Below are positions 8,573 to 18,035 of a DNA stretch of 27,731 nucleotides, one piece after another. The stretch is taken from positions 1 to 27,731 of the IMG/VR virus record IMGVR_UViG_3300037462_000123. One strand, given 5' to 3'. A program made the position numbers and the translations under genes. The stretch comes from a virus (lineage: Duplodnaviria > Caudoviricetes). The notes under the pieces are model-generated. The model saw nothing but the letters and a program-made list of their open reading frames with translations. It did not search any database and was not told the DNA's origin. Position 1 is the first letter of the stretch. Each line of letters opens with the position of its first letter.

Positions 8573-9859
8573 ATGCCCAACGCATTTTCCCGACAAGAAC
8601 GCGTCGCGTTCGAAAACCTGCTCGAAGGCTTCCATGACGCGCTCGTCCTGTCGAACATCGTGGACCGCTACCGCGTGCCCGATGTCGAGATGGCGCGTGC
8701 CGGGGACACCATCTGGCGTCCGATGCCCTACATCATCCAGTCGTTCGACGGCCTGAACCAGACCGCGAACTTCCAGGACAAGACCCAGCTGTCGGTGCCC
8801 GCCACGATCGGCTTCCACAAGTCGGTGCCGTGGCAGATGGACGCGATCGAACTGCGCGACGCGCTGCAGGAAGGCCGCCTTGGCGACGCCGCGCGTCAGC
8901 GGATCGCCTCCGACATCAACGTCGCCATCACGAACGTTGCCGCGCTGCAGGGCACGCTCGTCGTGAAGCGCACCGCCGCGGCCTCTGGCTTCGATGACGT
9001 CGCGCAGTGCGAGGCGATCATGAACGAGCAGGGTGTGCAGCAGGGCGACCGCCACATCGCCGTGAGCACGCGCGACTACAACGGCATGGCGAGCAACCTC
9101 GCCGGCCGCGGCACGATGGACGGACGCCCCGAAAACGCCTACGGCCGCGCGCTGATCGGCAACAACATCGCCGGCTTCTCGGCCTACAAGCTCGACTACT
9201 GCCCGCGTCTCGCGGTGGCTGTGCCGGGTGCGTCGGTCGTGATCAACGGCGCGAATCAGCGCTACGTCCCGCGTGCCACGAGCACCGCCGGCACCGGCGA
9301 GGTGAGCAACGTCGACAACCGCTACCAGAACCTCGCGGTCACTGTCGGCGCGGGTGGCGCGATCAAGGCCGGCGACAGCTTCGTCATTGCCAACGTGGGC
9401 GCGGTGCACCAGATCACCAAGCAGGACACCGGCCAGCTCAAGACCTTCCGCATCATCGCGATCGTCTCGGGCGGCGGTACGGCCGGCGCGAACGTGATCA
9501 CGATCAGCCCGCCGATCATCGCCGCGGACAGCGCGCCGACCCAGGCCGAGCAGCAGTACAAGAACGTCACCGTCACGCCAGCCAACGGCGCAGCGCTGAC
9601 GTTCCTGAACACCGCCGCCGGCTCCCTCAATCCGTTCTTCCACAAGAGCGCGCTTGAGATCCTGCCGTCGCGCATCGCGGTGCCGACCGATGCGGGTGCT
9701 GCAGTGATGCGCGGCACGACGGATCAGGGCTTCGAGATGGTGATGACCAAGCAAATGGACATCAACCTGCTCAACACGAAGTACCGCCTTGACTGCCGCT
9801 ACGGCGTGGTGAACAAGCAGCCGGAGATGAGCGGCATCGTGATGTTCTCGCAGCCGTAA
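8573..9859 (+). CDS. Major capsid protein (P22 gp5-like coat)
   Basis: 428 aa; MPNAFS..ERVAFE, DTIWRP, ELRDALQ, KAGDSFVIANV and YRLD..YGV...PEM motifs. Confidence 0.92.
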   Translation: MPNAFSRQERVAFENLLEGFHDALVLSNIVDRYRVPDVEMARAGDTIWRPMPYIIQSFDGLNQTANFQDKTQLSVPATIGFHKSVPWQMDAIELRDALQEGRLGDAARQRIASDINVAITNVAALQGTLVVKRTAAASGFDDVAQCEAIMNEQGVQQGDRHIAVSTRDYNGMASNLAGRGTMDGRPENAYGRALIGNNIAGFSAYKLDYCPRLAVAVPGASVVINGANQRYVPRATSTAGTGEVSNVDNRYQNLAVTVGAGGAIKAGDSFVIANVGAVHQITKQDTGQLKTFRIIAIVSGGGTAGANVITISPPIIAADSAPTQAEQQYKNVTVTPANGAALTFLNTAAGSLNPFFHKSALEILPSRIAVPTDAGAAVMRGTTDQGFEMVMTKQMDINLLNTKYRLDCRYGVVNKQPEMSGIVMFSQP

Positions 9860-9886
9860 GCGAGCGCAACCCCTGGCAGTGACCAT

Positions 9887-9911
9887 GCGGCCGCCTCGTG
9901 CGGCCGCTTTT
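9887..9911 (+). terminator. Rho-independent terminator after the coat gene
   Basis: GCGGCCGC-CTCGT-GCGGCCGC followed by TTTT. Confidence 0.7.
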
Positions 9912-9930
9912 CCATCCGAGGCACCATCCC

Positions 9931-10212
9931 ATGCACCTGTTGCGTCGCACGTTCAAGAAGCTCGCCCGCGTCCTGCGCCTGAAGCGCGCCGGCGCCGTGC
10001 AAACCCTGCCGGGCGGCCGTCGCGTGTACCACGAGTATTTCGTGCCGGCAGAGGTCGAGCCCGGCGCGCAGTGGCCGTGGACCGCGCGCGCGTACCTGGC
10101 AGACGGCTCGATGCGCGAACGCAGCGGCTTCGAGTCCACCCGCGGCAAGGCGTGCCGCGCGGCGCTGGCGTGGGCTGAGGCGACCAAGAAAGAGGCCCTG
10201 ACATGGCACTAG
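9931..10212 (+). CDS. Hypothetical basic protein (93 aa)
   Basis: GAGG upstream of ATG 9931; overlaps the start of the next gene. Confidence 0.5.
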   Translation: MHLLRRTFKKLARVLRLKRAGAVQTLPGGRRVYHEYFVPAEVEPGAQWPWTARAYLADGSMRERSGFESTRGKACRAALAWAEATKKEALTWH

Positions 10213-10604
10213 GACTTGCCACCGCGCTGCGCAATTCGCGCCTGAACCTGATCCGCGACGCGATCGACGCAGGCGCCGGCGCGGGCTTCCTGCGCATCTA
10301 TGACGGCACGCGCCCCGCCACCGGCGGCGCTGCCACCACGCTGCTGGCCGAGCTGACTTTCAGCGACCCGAGCGCGCCGGCCGCATCGGGCGGCGTGGCA
10401 ACCTACAGCGCGATCAACGCCGACACCAGCGCCAATGCCACCGGCACCGCAACTTGGTTCCGCTGCGTCGACTCGACCGGCGCGTTCGTGACCGACGGTA
10501 GCGTCGGCACCAGCGGCCAAGACCTGAACCTGAACACGGTCAGCATCACGACCGGCGTGCAGGTGAGCGTGACGTCGATGGTGCTGACCGAAGGCAACGC
10601 ATGA
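10203..10604 (+). CDS. Putative virion structural protein (133 aa)
   Basis: RIYDGTRPA...LLAEL...TGTATWFR...DGSVG motif, recalled from phage fibre/decoration-associated proteins. Confidence 0.6.
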   Translation: MALGLATALRNSRLNLIRDAIDAGAGAGFLRIYDGTRPATGGAATTLLAELTFSDPSAPAASGGVATYSAINADTSANATGTATWFRCVDSTGAFVTDGSVGTSGQDLNLNTVSITTGVQVSVTSMVLTEGNA

Positions 10605-11443
10605 CGATCGAAACGCTCGACCAAGTCCTGAACGCGCTGGCGAACAACTCGTCGCGCCTGGTCGTCGACAAGAGCAGCATCGGCAACGCTGCGGCGGGGC
10701 AGCTGCTCAGCTTCTGGCGCGCCACCGGCCAGCCGGCGCAGGCCGCCATTCCCGGCACGACCCCGGTGGTTCCGACCAAGGCCACGCTCGGCGCGCCCAA
10801 CTTCAACAACCAGACGGCGCCGGCCACCAGCTACCTCGCGTGGATGGCGCTGCAATCGGCCAACAACGCGCAGACCATCGAGGTGCACGACCGCATCGCG
10901 CAGATGGGCGGCCTGGTCCTGAACGTCACCACGGCGCAGAACATCACCGGGCTCGATCTTGATCCGAGCGCCCTGAACCCGCCCGCCGCGCGGCTCGGCG
11001 CCAGCGACTACAGCGATGTGCAGTGGTTCCTCGAGGTCTACACCGACGGCGGCGCCACCGCATCGAACGCCACCATCAACGTCACGTATGGCGACGGCAC
11101 CAGCAACAACCTGACCGCCGTGGCGGTCGGCGGCACGCTGCGCGCTGGCCGCATGATTCCGCTGACGCCGCTCATCCCGACCGCCGATCAGGGCAAGCGA
11201 ATCCGGCGCATCAACAGCGTCACCCTGAGCGCTTCAACCACGGTCGCTGGAAACTTCGGTTTCACGTGCACCCGGCAGCGCACGTCGCTGCCGCTGCTGC
11301 TGGCCAACAAGACCGAGTCGGGCGACTGGGCCGCGCTCGGGCTGCCCGAAGTGCCGAACGATTCGTGCCTGTGCTACGTGTGCCTGACGTCGACCACGAC
11401 GAGCGGCACGTTGCGCGGTCAGGGCAAGATCGCGCACGGGTAG
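10601..11443 (+). CDS. Putative beta-rich virion protein (280 aa)
   Basis: Thr/Ala/Asn-rich and beta-strand-like; ATGA coupling to the upstream gene. Confidence 0.6.
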   Translation: MTIETLDQVLNALANNSSRLVVDKSSIGNAAAGQLLSFWRATGQPAQAAIPGTTPVVPTKATLGAPNFNNQTAPATSYLAWMALQSANNAQTIEVHDRIAQMGGLVLNVTTAQNITGLDLDPSALNPPAARLGASDYSDVQWFLEVYTDGGATASNATINVTYGDGTSNNLTAVAVGGTLRAGRMIPLTPLIPTADQGKRIRRINSVTLSASTTVAGNFGFTCTRQRTSLPLLLANKTESGDWAALGLPEVPNDSCLCYVCLTSTTTSGTLRGQGKIAHG

Positions 11444-11446
11444 CCG

Positions 11447-12040
11447 ATGTCGCGGGAGTGGCGCGGTACGAACGTCACGCCGCGGCTGCGCGGTGGCAAC
11501 CCGGTATGGGGCGAGAACAGCCCTGCCGGCGCGGTTGCGCGCGATGCCTTCTTCGGATCGGCACCGGCGGGCGTCTCCGGCACCGTCGCGACCACGCTTG
11601 CGGGCGTCACGGCCGCGCTGTCGGGCGTCATCGCGGTGCGCGGGCCGCTCGCCTCGACCCTTGATGGCGTGTCCTGTGCCGCGGCTGGCACCGTGGCGGC
11701 CGCCGGGGTCAGCGGCACCCTGGCCAGCACGTTGGCCGGCGTCACGATGGTCGCGAGCGGCCGCGCGGACGTCCTCGGCAGCGTTGCAAGCACGCTGACC
11801 GGCACGACGATGGTGGCCGCCGGCGCCGTCAACAACCGCGGAACGCTGGCGACCACGCTGGCTGGCGTCTCGGCGGCGATCTCCGGCGCCGTCACCGCGC
11901 CGGCCGTCACCGGCACGATTGGCAGCACCCTGGACGGCGTCGGCTGCTCGGCAGCTGGCTTCGTCGGCGACCCGCCCGCTGGCGGCGTCAACGTCCTGCG
12001 GCGTCCTCTCACGCCGCGCAAGGTCATTCGGCGAATTTGA
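11447..12040 (+). CDS. Repeat-rich fibre-like protein (197 aa)
   Basis: Six imperfect repeats of consensus GxLA(S/T)TLxGVxxxAxG. Confidence 0.6.
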   Translation: MSREWRGTNVTPRLRGGNPVWGENSPAGAVARDAFFGSAPAGVSGTVATTLAGVTAALSGVIAVRGPLASTLDGVSCAAAGTVAAAGVSGTLASTLAGVTMVASGRADVLGSVASTLTGTTMVAAGAVNNRGTLATTLAGVSAAISGAVTAPAVTGTIGSTLDGVGCSAAGFVGDPPAGGVNVLRRPLTPRKVIRRI

Positions 12041-12087
12041 TGCATCATCCCGGCGCGATAGCGCGCGCCTATCACGCGAGGAAGCCC

Positions 12088-12294
12088 ATGTCGACCACGA
12101 TGCTCTACAAGTACCCCGGCCCGCACAAGCTGCAAGACGGCGACTATGACCACGTCACGGTGCCCGACGAGCAGATCGAGGACAAGCTGCGCGAGGGCTG
12201 GCATCTGACGTTCCCCGACGCGCGCAAGGCGCACGAGGACGAGCAGGCCGCCAAGGCCGCCAAGGCCGCGAAGAAGGCGAAGGCCGAGGACTGA
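12088..12294 (+). CDS. Small conserved protein of the P22-like head region (68 aa)
   Basis: RBS GAGGA; TMLYK.PG......DY..V.D....D.L.EGW motif, recalled from genes found between coat and gp4. Confidence 0.65.
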   Translation: MSTTMLYKYPGPHKLQDGDYDHVTVPDEQIEDKLREGWHLTFPDARKAHEDEQAAKAAKAAKKAKAED

Positions 12295-12298
12295 CCGC

Positions 12299-12787
12299 GT
12301 GAGCTGGACGAAGCGGCAGCTCGTCGCCGCGGCCTTCGAAGAAATCGGCGTGGCGAACTACGTGTTCGACCTCGACGCCGAGCAGATCGAGGGTGCGCTG
12401 CGGCGGCTCGATTCGATGCTCGCGACCTGGAACGGCCGCGGCGTGCGAATCGGCTACGCGCTGGCGACCGATCCCGCGCAGAGCGACCTCGACCAGCCTG
12501 CCGGCGTGCCCGACTATGCGACCGAGGCGATCTACACGAACCTCGCGGTCCGCCTGGCGCCGACGATCGGCAAGGTCGTGAGCCCGGACACCAAGGCCAC
12601 CGCGAAGGCTGCCTACAACGCGCTGCTGTCGCGCGTCGTGGCCGAGAACGTGCGCGAGCAGCAGTTTCCGAACACGCTGCCCGCGGGGCAGGGCAACAAG
12701 CCGTGGCGCACCGATGAGGTGTACCTGCCGGGCCCGGTGGCGCCGCTCACGACCGGACCCGACTCGACCCTGGACTTCGTCCCATGA
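12299..12787 (+). CDS. P22 gp4-like head-tail adaptor (packaged DNA stabilization)
   Basis: TKRQLV.AA.EEIG, ALRRLDSMLATW, NLAVRLAP..GK and P.TLPAGQGNK motifs. Confidence 0.85.
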   Translation: MSWTKRQLVAAAFEEIGVANYVFDLDAEQIEGALRRLDSMLATWNGRGVRIGYALATDPAQSDLDQPAGVPDYATEAIYTNLAVRLAPTIGKVVSPDTKATAKAAYNALLSRVVAENVREQQFPNTLPAGQGNKPWRTDEVYLPGPVAPLTTGPDSTLDFVP

Positions 12788-13245
12788 CAACGATCAACTT
12801 CCTGTCCACCGCTGCGCCACTGAGCCCGGCTGATCAGGTGCCGGTGTACTCGTCGGCCAACGGTGACGCGCGCAAGACCTCGCTCACGGCGCTGGCGGCG
12901 CTGCTGCAAACGCTGATCGCCCCCGGTGACGACCGCGCGACGCAGTACGCCAGCCCGAACGCCACCGCCTTCAACGTGCAGATCGCGCCGCCGCTCGACG
13001 GCGGTAGCGTCTGGCTGCTACTGACGCCGACCGGCGCCTTCGCGGCCGGCACGATCACGCTGCCGGCGCAGGCGCTGTGCGCCGACCGGCAAGAACTGCT
13101 CGTGTCATGCACGCAGGCCGTGACCACGCTCACGGTCGCCGGCAACGGCTCGACCGTCAACGGCGCGCCGACCACGCTTGCCGCCAATGCCTTCTTCCGC
13201 TTGCGATTCGACGGCGTCAACCGCGCCTGGTATCGCGTCGGCTGA
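12784..13245 (+). CDS. Putative tail accessory protein (153 aa)
   Basis: Position between gp4 and gp10; TITLP...FFRLRFD...WYRV C-terminal domain. Confidence 0.6.
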   Translation: MTTINFLSTAAPLSPADQVPVYSSANGDARKTSLTALAALLQTLIAPGDDRATQYASPNATAFNVQIAPPLDGGSVWLLLTPTGAFAAGTITLPAQALCADRQELLVSCTQAVTTLTVAGNGSTVNGAPTTLAANAFFRLRFDGVNRAWYRVG

Positions 13246-13263
13246 CCCTGAAAGGACTCGACC

Positions 13264-13563
13264 ATGGCCGTTCGCGCGCCCATTCAACCGACCTACGGCC
13301 GCGGGCAGATCGTGTCCGCCGGCGCCGCCAGCGCGAACGTTGCGATCGACGCGCAGGCCAAGCAGGTGATCCTCACGAACCAGAGCGTGAATCCGATCTA
13401 TGTGCGCGTCGGCGCCGGCACACAGACCGCGACCACGGCCGACTATCCGGTGCCGCCGAACTCGCAGGTGGTGATCAGCAAGGGCGACGGCGACAACAAC
13501 CTGGCCCACATCGCTCCCGCCGGCGCGAGCACGCTGCATCTGATGACCGGCGAAGGCTTCTGA
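13264..13563 (+). CDS. Small virion protein (99 aa)
   Basis: RBS AAGGA; beta-rich; ends TGEGF. Confidence 0.6.
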   Translation: MAVRAPIQPTYGRGQIVSAGAASANVAIDAQAKQVILTNQSVNPIYVRVGAGTQTATTADYPVPPNSQVVISKGDGDNNLAHIAPAGASTLHLMTGEGF

Positions 13564-13572
13564 CGGTGCCGC

Positions 13573-15024
13573 GTGGCGCAGCTGCCGATCTTGTCGGGCA
13601 TCTACACCGATGCCGCCGCTGACTTCCGGACCGCGTATCCGACCAACCTGATCCCGGTCCCGAAGCCGACTGGCATCGCGGACGGCTACCTGCGCACGGC
13701 CGAGGGCATCCGGACCTACGCGCCGACGACGTTCAACACCAGCTTCGGCATCGACCGCGGCGGCTACAACTACAAAGGCCGCTGCTTCCGCGTGCTCGGC
13801 AACAGCCTGTATCGCGTGGACGACAACGGCGACGGCACCGGCACGGCGACCGTGCTGCGGACCTTCGGCTTCGGCGATCAGGTGACGTTCGATCAGAGCT
13901 TCGACCGGCTGATCCTCGTGATCAATGGCCAGCTCTGGTACTACGACGATGTCGCCAATGCGTTCACCCAGGTCACCGATCCCGACCTCGGCGTGATCAT
14001 CGACGGCCTGTTCCTTGACGGCTACACCGTCTTCACCGATGGCGAGTTCATCGGCGTTACCGAACTGAACGATCCGTTCGCGGTCGACCCGCTCAAGTAC
14101 GGCAGCAGCGAGATCGAGCCCGACCCGATCGTCGCGCTGCTGAAGATCCGCAACGAACTGCACGCGCTCAACCGCTACACGATCGAGGCGTTCGACAACG
14201 TCGGCGGCACCGGCTTCCCGTTCCAGCGGATCGAGGCAGCGATGATCCCGAAGGGCTGCGTCGGCACGCACGCCTGCGCCATCTTCATGGATGCGATCGC
14301 ATTCGTCGGCGGCGGCCGCAACGAGCAGCCGAGTGTGTACATCGGCGGCGGCGGGCAGGCGCGCAAGATCGCCACGCGCGAGATCGACAAGCTGCTGGCC
14401 CGGTACAGCGAAGAGACACTGTCGCAAGCGATCGTGGAGACGCGCGCCTTCGATGGGCACGAGCTGCTGTACATCCACCTGCCTGACATCTGCGCGGTCT
14501 ACGACGGCCCCGGCTCGGCGGCGGCCGGTCAGCCGGTGTGGTTCTACCTGTCGTCAGCGGCCGATGGCACCGGCCTGTACCGCGGCCGGAACTTCGTCTG
14601 GTGCTACGACAAGTGGATCTGCGGCGACGTGTTCAACGGCCAGCAGATCGGGTTCCTTGACGAGTCGATCGCCAGCCACTTCGGCGAGCCGGTGGCCTAC
14701 GAGTTCGCGACGCAACTGCTCTACAACGAGAGCAAGGGCGCGCAGATGCATCAGATCGAGCTCGTGTGCCTGCCGGGTCGCGCAATCGGCACCGCGAGCG
14801 ACTTCGTTGACGAGACGATCCGCCACAGCTACACGCGCGACGGCCTGACCTGGAGCATGGAGCGGCAGAAGTCGCTCGGTCGCGCCGGCGAGACCGCCAA
14901 GCGGCCGACGTGGTTCAACTGCGGCACGTTTCGCAACTGGCGCGCCGACCGCTGGCGCGGCCTGACCGCGATCCCCAAGGCCTTCGCCCGCGTCGAGGCG
15001 CAGATCGAACCGCTGGCGTACTGA
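13573..15024 (+). CDS. P22 gp10-like tail hub / packaged DNA stabilization protein
   Basis: 483 aa beta-propeller-like; YGSSE.EPDPI and TIE.FDNVGG.GFPFQRI motifs; expected position. Confidence 0.88.
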   Translation: MAQLPILSGIYTDAAADFRTAYPTNLIPVPKPTGIADGYLRTAEGIRTYAPTTFNTSFGIDRGGYNYKGRCFRVLGNSLYRVDDNGDGTGTATVLRTFGFGDQVTFDQSFDRLILVINGQLWYYDDVANAFTQVTDPDLGVIIDGLFLDGYTVFTDGEFIGVTELNDPFAVDPLKYGSSEIEPDPIVALLKIRNELHALNRYTIEAFDNVGGTGFPFQRIEAAMIPKGCVGTHACAIFMDAIAFVGGGRNEQPSVYIGGGGQARKIATREIDKLLARYSEETLSQAIVETRAFDGHELLYIHLPDICAVYDGPGSAAAGQPVWFYLSSAADGTGLYRGRNFVWCYDKWICGDVFNGQQIGFLDESIASHFGEPVAYEFATQLLYNESKGAQMHQIELVCLPGRAIGTASDFVDETIRHSYTRDGLTWSMERQKSLGRAGETAKRPTWFNCGTFRNWRADRWRGLTAIPKAFARVEAQIEPLAY

Positions 15025-15025
15025 C

Positions 15026-16336
15026 GTGGCCGGCTTTCCCCTCACGCGGCTGCTCAACCGCGCGCAGATCACGCAGTGGCTGCGTGAGCACGAGGCGGTC
15101 AAGGCATTCGAGAACGCGCAGCGCGACATCCTCGAACTGTTCAAGCGCATCTTCCCCGACGCCCCCAGCGACGGCACGACCTACGGCCGCAGAAATGGCG
15201 CGTGGACCGCTGTCAATGGCGGAGCGCCCGTGAATGCGGCTTACGTGCTGACCGAGCCGAGTGCGGCGCTGCCCGCCGCTCGACTTCTGCAGGCCGGCGC
15301 GAATGTCACGATCACCGATAGCGGTCCGGGCCAGCCGGTAACGATCGCCGCAGCGGCGGGCGGCACCACATCGCCGGGCGCGCCATTGACCTCCGTCCAG
15401 TACAACAGCGCGGGGGAATTCGCAGGCGATGCAAATGTCTTGATGGATGTCGCGACCGCGACGTTCCGCGTTGGATCAACCGCGGATTGGCGGATTCAGC
15501 CGGTTGCTCAGACGGGGGCCGGAGGCCGGAATCTGACAATCGCGTCCGGCAACGGCAGCGGAGTCAATGCCGGGTGTCAGCTGCAACTCGTCACCGGCAC
15601 ATCCGGCGGCATCTCGGGTGATCTGCGACTCGAGTCGGGTGCCGTCGCATCGCCGAATAGCTCAGGGCCGATCACGATCGCAACCGGCGTCAATACCGGC
15701 AGCGGAGACACCGGCGTCATAACGATGCGGACCGGCGCCGCAAGCGCCGGAAGCTCGGGGATCTGGCAGGCGGGGTCGGGAACAGGATCGGGCACCGGCA
15801 CCGTCACGCTTCGTAGCGGCAACGGCCTGAACTTCGGATCCGGCGCTGCCTCGTTCGGCTCGGGCACATCAACGACCGGGCAATCGGGCGCAGTTACGGT
15901 ATCAAGCGGGAACGCCTCCGGATCATTCGGTTCGACGGGCGACGTCACGATCGCAAGCGGCAACGCGTCGGGCGCCTTTGGCAACTCCGGAAATATCAAT
16001 ATCACGCCCGGAACGGCGACGGGTACACGCGGCCGCGTCAACATCACCAGCCTAGCCGCGGCGGGGCCGTTCGCGCTCGACAAGACCAATACCGCGACCG
16101 TCGGCAACGTCACGATTAACAATCCAAGCGGACGCGTCAACATCGCTGCGGGCGGCACGTCAATGGTGCTGACGAACAACCTAATCACGACCGCGAGTAC
16201 GCTCATTTTGACGTTAGCCACGAATGACGCGACCGCGAAAAGCGCCTGCGCTGTGGCGGCGGCGGGCAGCGCGACGCTCACACTGAATGCGGCGTCCACT
16301 GGCGCAGTGGCGATCAACTTCTTGGTGGTCAACTGA
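15026..16336 (+). CDS. Tail needle/fibre-like receptor-binding protein
   Basis: Short helical N-terminus, DAPSDGTTYGRRNGAW fibre motif, Gly/Ser/Thr-rich repeats (GxVTIxSG); occupies the gp26 position. Confidence 0.7.
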   Translation: MAGFPLTRLLNRAQITQWLREHEAVKAFENAQRDILELFKRIFPDAPSDGTTYGRRNGAWTAVNGGAPVNAAYVLTEPSAALPAARLLQAGANVTITDSGPGQPVTIAAAAGGTTSPGAPLTSVQYNSAGEFAGDANVLMDVATATFRVGSTADWRIQPVAQTGAGGRNLTIASGNGSGVNAGCQLQLVTGTSGGISGDLRLESGAVASPNSSGPITIATGVNTGSGDTGVITMRTGAASAGSSGIWQAGSGTGSGTGTVTLRSGNGLNFGSGAASFGSGTSTTGQSGAVTVSSGNASGSFGSTGDVTIASGNASGAFGNSGNINITPGTATGTRGRVNITSLAAAGPFALDKTNTATVGNVTINNPSGRVNIAAGGTSMVLTNNLITTASTLILTLATNDATAKSACAVAAAGSATLTLNAASTGAVAINFLVVN

Positions 16337-16386
16337 GCGAAGCCGCCCGCCAGCGCCGCCCCCGCGCGGGAGATGTTCTCTATCGT

Positions 16387-16415
16387 TCGACGGGGATCGA
16401 TAGTCTGCCTACAAT
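16387..16415 (+). promoter_or_regulatory. Candidate sigma70 promoter for the SET/ejection gene block
   Basis: TCGACG-17 bp-TACAAT in a 150-bp intergenic gap; RBS AGGAGA downstream. Confidence 0.45.
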
Positions 16416-16488
16416 CTGCGCACCCGCCTTCGTGGCGGCTAGCTGAGTGCCCGGAGCTGCCAGCGGCTCGTGCTTGTAGGAGAGCGCG

Positions 16489-17346
16489 ATGCCGTCCGTC
16501 GCAGAGCCCGAGGTTCAGATTTCGCGCGCGCCCTTGACGGCGCCCGACGCGGCGACGCCAGCCGAGGCGCTGCAGTCGCAGATCGACACGATCGAACGCG
16601 TCTTCCGCGATCTGCCGCAAGCCGAGATCAGCACCGAACACTGGATCGCCGGCGGCCTGTACTGCCGGCGCATCACCATCCCGCGCGGCGTGTTTGCGGT
16701 CGGCGCGTTGCACCTGAAGGACCACGTCTCCGTGATGGTGTCGGGCCGCATGCGCGTCCTGACTGAGGCCGGGATGGAAGAGCTGGCCGGGCATCACGTC
16801 TGGACGCCCAAGCCCGGCCTTCGGCGGGTCGGCTTCGCCTACGAGGACACCGTGTGGCTGACGGTGCATCGCACCGATGCCGCCACGGTCGAGGCTGCCG
16901 AGGACGAGCTGTTCGCGAACCCGGACGGCCTGTTGTCGCGCCGCACGCAGCGGATCGAGCGTGACCGCACCGACTACCTGCAGATGCTGGCCGACGTCGG
17001 CATCGATCACGACACCGCGCGATCGCAGACCGAGAACACCGACGATCAGCGCGACTTCCCGCCCGGCTACGCGTGGCTGCAGGTGCGCGGCTCGGATCTC
17101 GACGGCTGCGGCCTGTTCACCGCCCGCGACCTGGCGGCCGGAACGACGATCCCGGCGCGCATCGACGGCCAGCGCACGCCGGCCGGACGCTTCACCAATC
17201 ACTCGGCCACGCCGAACGTCGCGCCGATGCTGCGCGCGGACGGCATCGACTTCATCACGCTGCGGCCGATCGCGGCCGGCGAAGAGATCACGGTCGACTA
17301 CCGCGCCGCCGTGCAGTGCGCGCGCATCGCCGGAGGGGCGCAATGA
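16489..17346 (+). CDS. Cupin-like domain fused to a SET-domain methyltransferase
   Basis: N-terminal H...GLY.R...IP.G...VG..H...H cupin pattern; C-terminal GCGLFTARDL, RFTNHSATPN and RPIAAGEEITVDY SET motifs. Confidence 0.85.
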   Translation: MPSVAEPEVQISRAPLTAPDAATPAEALQSQIDTIERVFRDLPQAEISTEHWIAGGLYCRRITIPRGVFAVGALHLKDHVSVMVSGRMRVLTEAGMEELAGHHVWTPKPGLRRVGFAYEDTVWLTVHRTDAATVEAAEDELFANPDGLLSRRTQRIERDRTDYLQMLADVGIDHDTARSQTENTDDQRDFPPGYAWLQVRGSDLDGCGLFTARDLAAGTTIPARIDGQRTPAGRFTNHSATPNVAPMLRADGIDFITLRPIAAGEEITVDYRAAVQCARIAGGAQ

Positions 17347-18035
17347 GTGGCGTCGCAACCGCAATCGCCGGCAGCGCGCTGCTCGGCGCCTATGGCAGTC
17401 ATCAGGCCGGCAAGGCCGGGCGTGCGGCGGGGGATGCGCAGACGGCCGCGGCGATGGCCGGCATCGAGGAACAGCGCCGGCAGTTCGATGCCATCCAACA
17501 GCTGCTGTCGCCCTTCGTGCGCGGCGGCACGTCGGCGTTCGGTCAGCAACTCGACCTGATGGGAATCAACGGCGCGGACCCGCAGCGCGCGGCGCTCGAA
17601 GCCCTGCAGCAGTCGCCGCAGTTCACGGAATCGCTGCGGCTCGGCGAGTCGGCCATCCTGCAGAACGCCAGCGCCACCGGCGGCCTGCGCGGCGGCAACA
17701 CGCAAGGCGCGCTGATGACCTTCCGGCCGTCGCTGCTCGCCTCGACCATCAATGACCAGATGACGCGGCTCGGCGGACTCGCCGCCGTGGGCCAGAACGC
17801 GGCCGCGGGCGTCGGCAATGCGGGCATGCAGACCGGCAACGCCGTGTCCGGCTTGCTGCAGCAGGCAGGCGCGGCGCAGGCGGGCAGCATCCTCGCGCGC
17901 GGCAACGCGCAGGCCGGCGCAGTGAACAGCCTCGCAGGCGGCCTCGGCATGTTCGCCGGGCTCGGCGGCTTCGCCGGGATGAGCAACCCGCAGCAGCTCA
18001 TCCGGGCCGGCGGCGTCACTCAGCCGGTGTTCTGA
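17343..18035 (+). CDS. DNA ejection (transfer) protein, P22 gp7-like
   Basis: Gly/Ala-rich; EQRRQFD....LSPF and NASATGGLRGGN motifs; ATGA coupling. Confidence 0.8.
   Translation: MSGVATAIAGSALLGAYGSHQAGKAGRAAGDAQTAAAMAGIEEQRRQFDAIQQLLSPFVRGGTSAFGQQLDLMGINGADPQRAALEALQQSPQFTESLRLGESAILQNASATGGLRGGNTQGALMTFRPSLLASTINDQMTRLGGLAAVGQNAAAGVGNAGMQTGNAVSGLLQQAGAAQAGSILARGNAQAGAVNSLAGGLGMFAGLGGFAGMSNPQQLIRAGGVTQPVF

Noticed and set aside
3921-9886. Long minus-strand ORFs (476, 581 and 772 aa) opposite terL, portal and scaffold/coat
   Set aside because: Antisense shadows of GC3-biased genes; no motifs; fully overlap confident + strand genes
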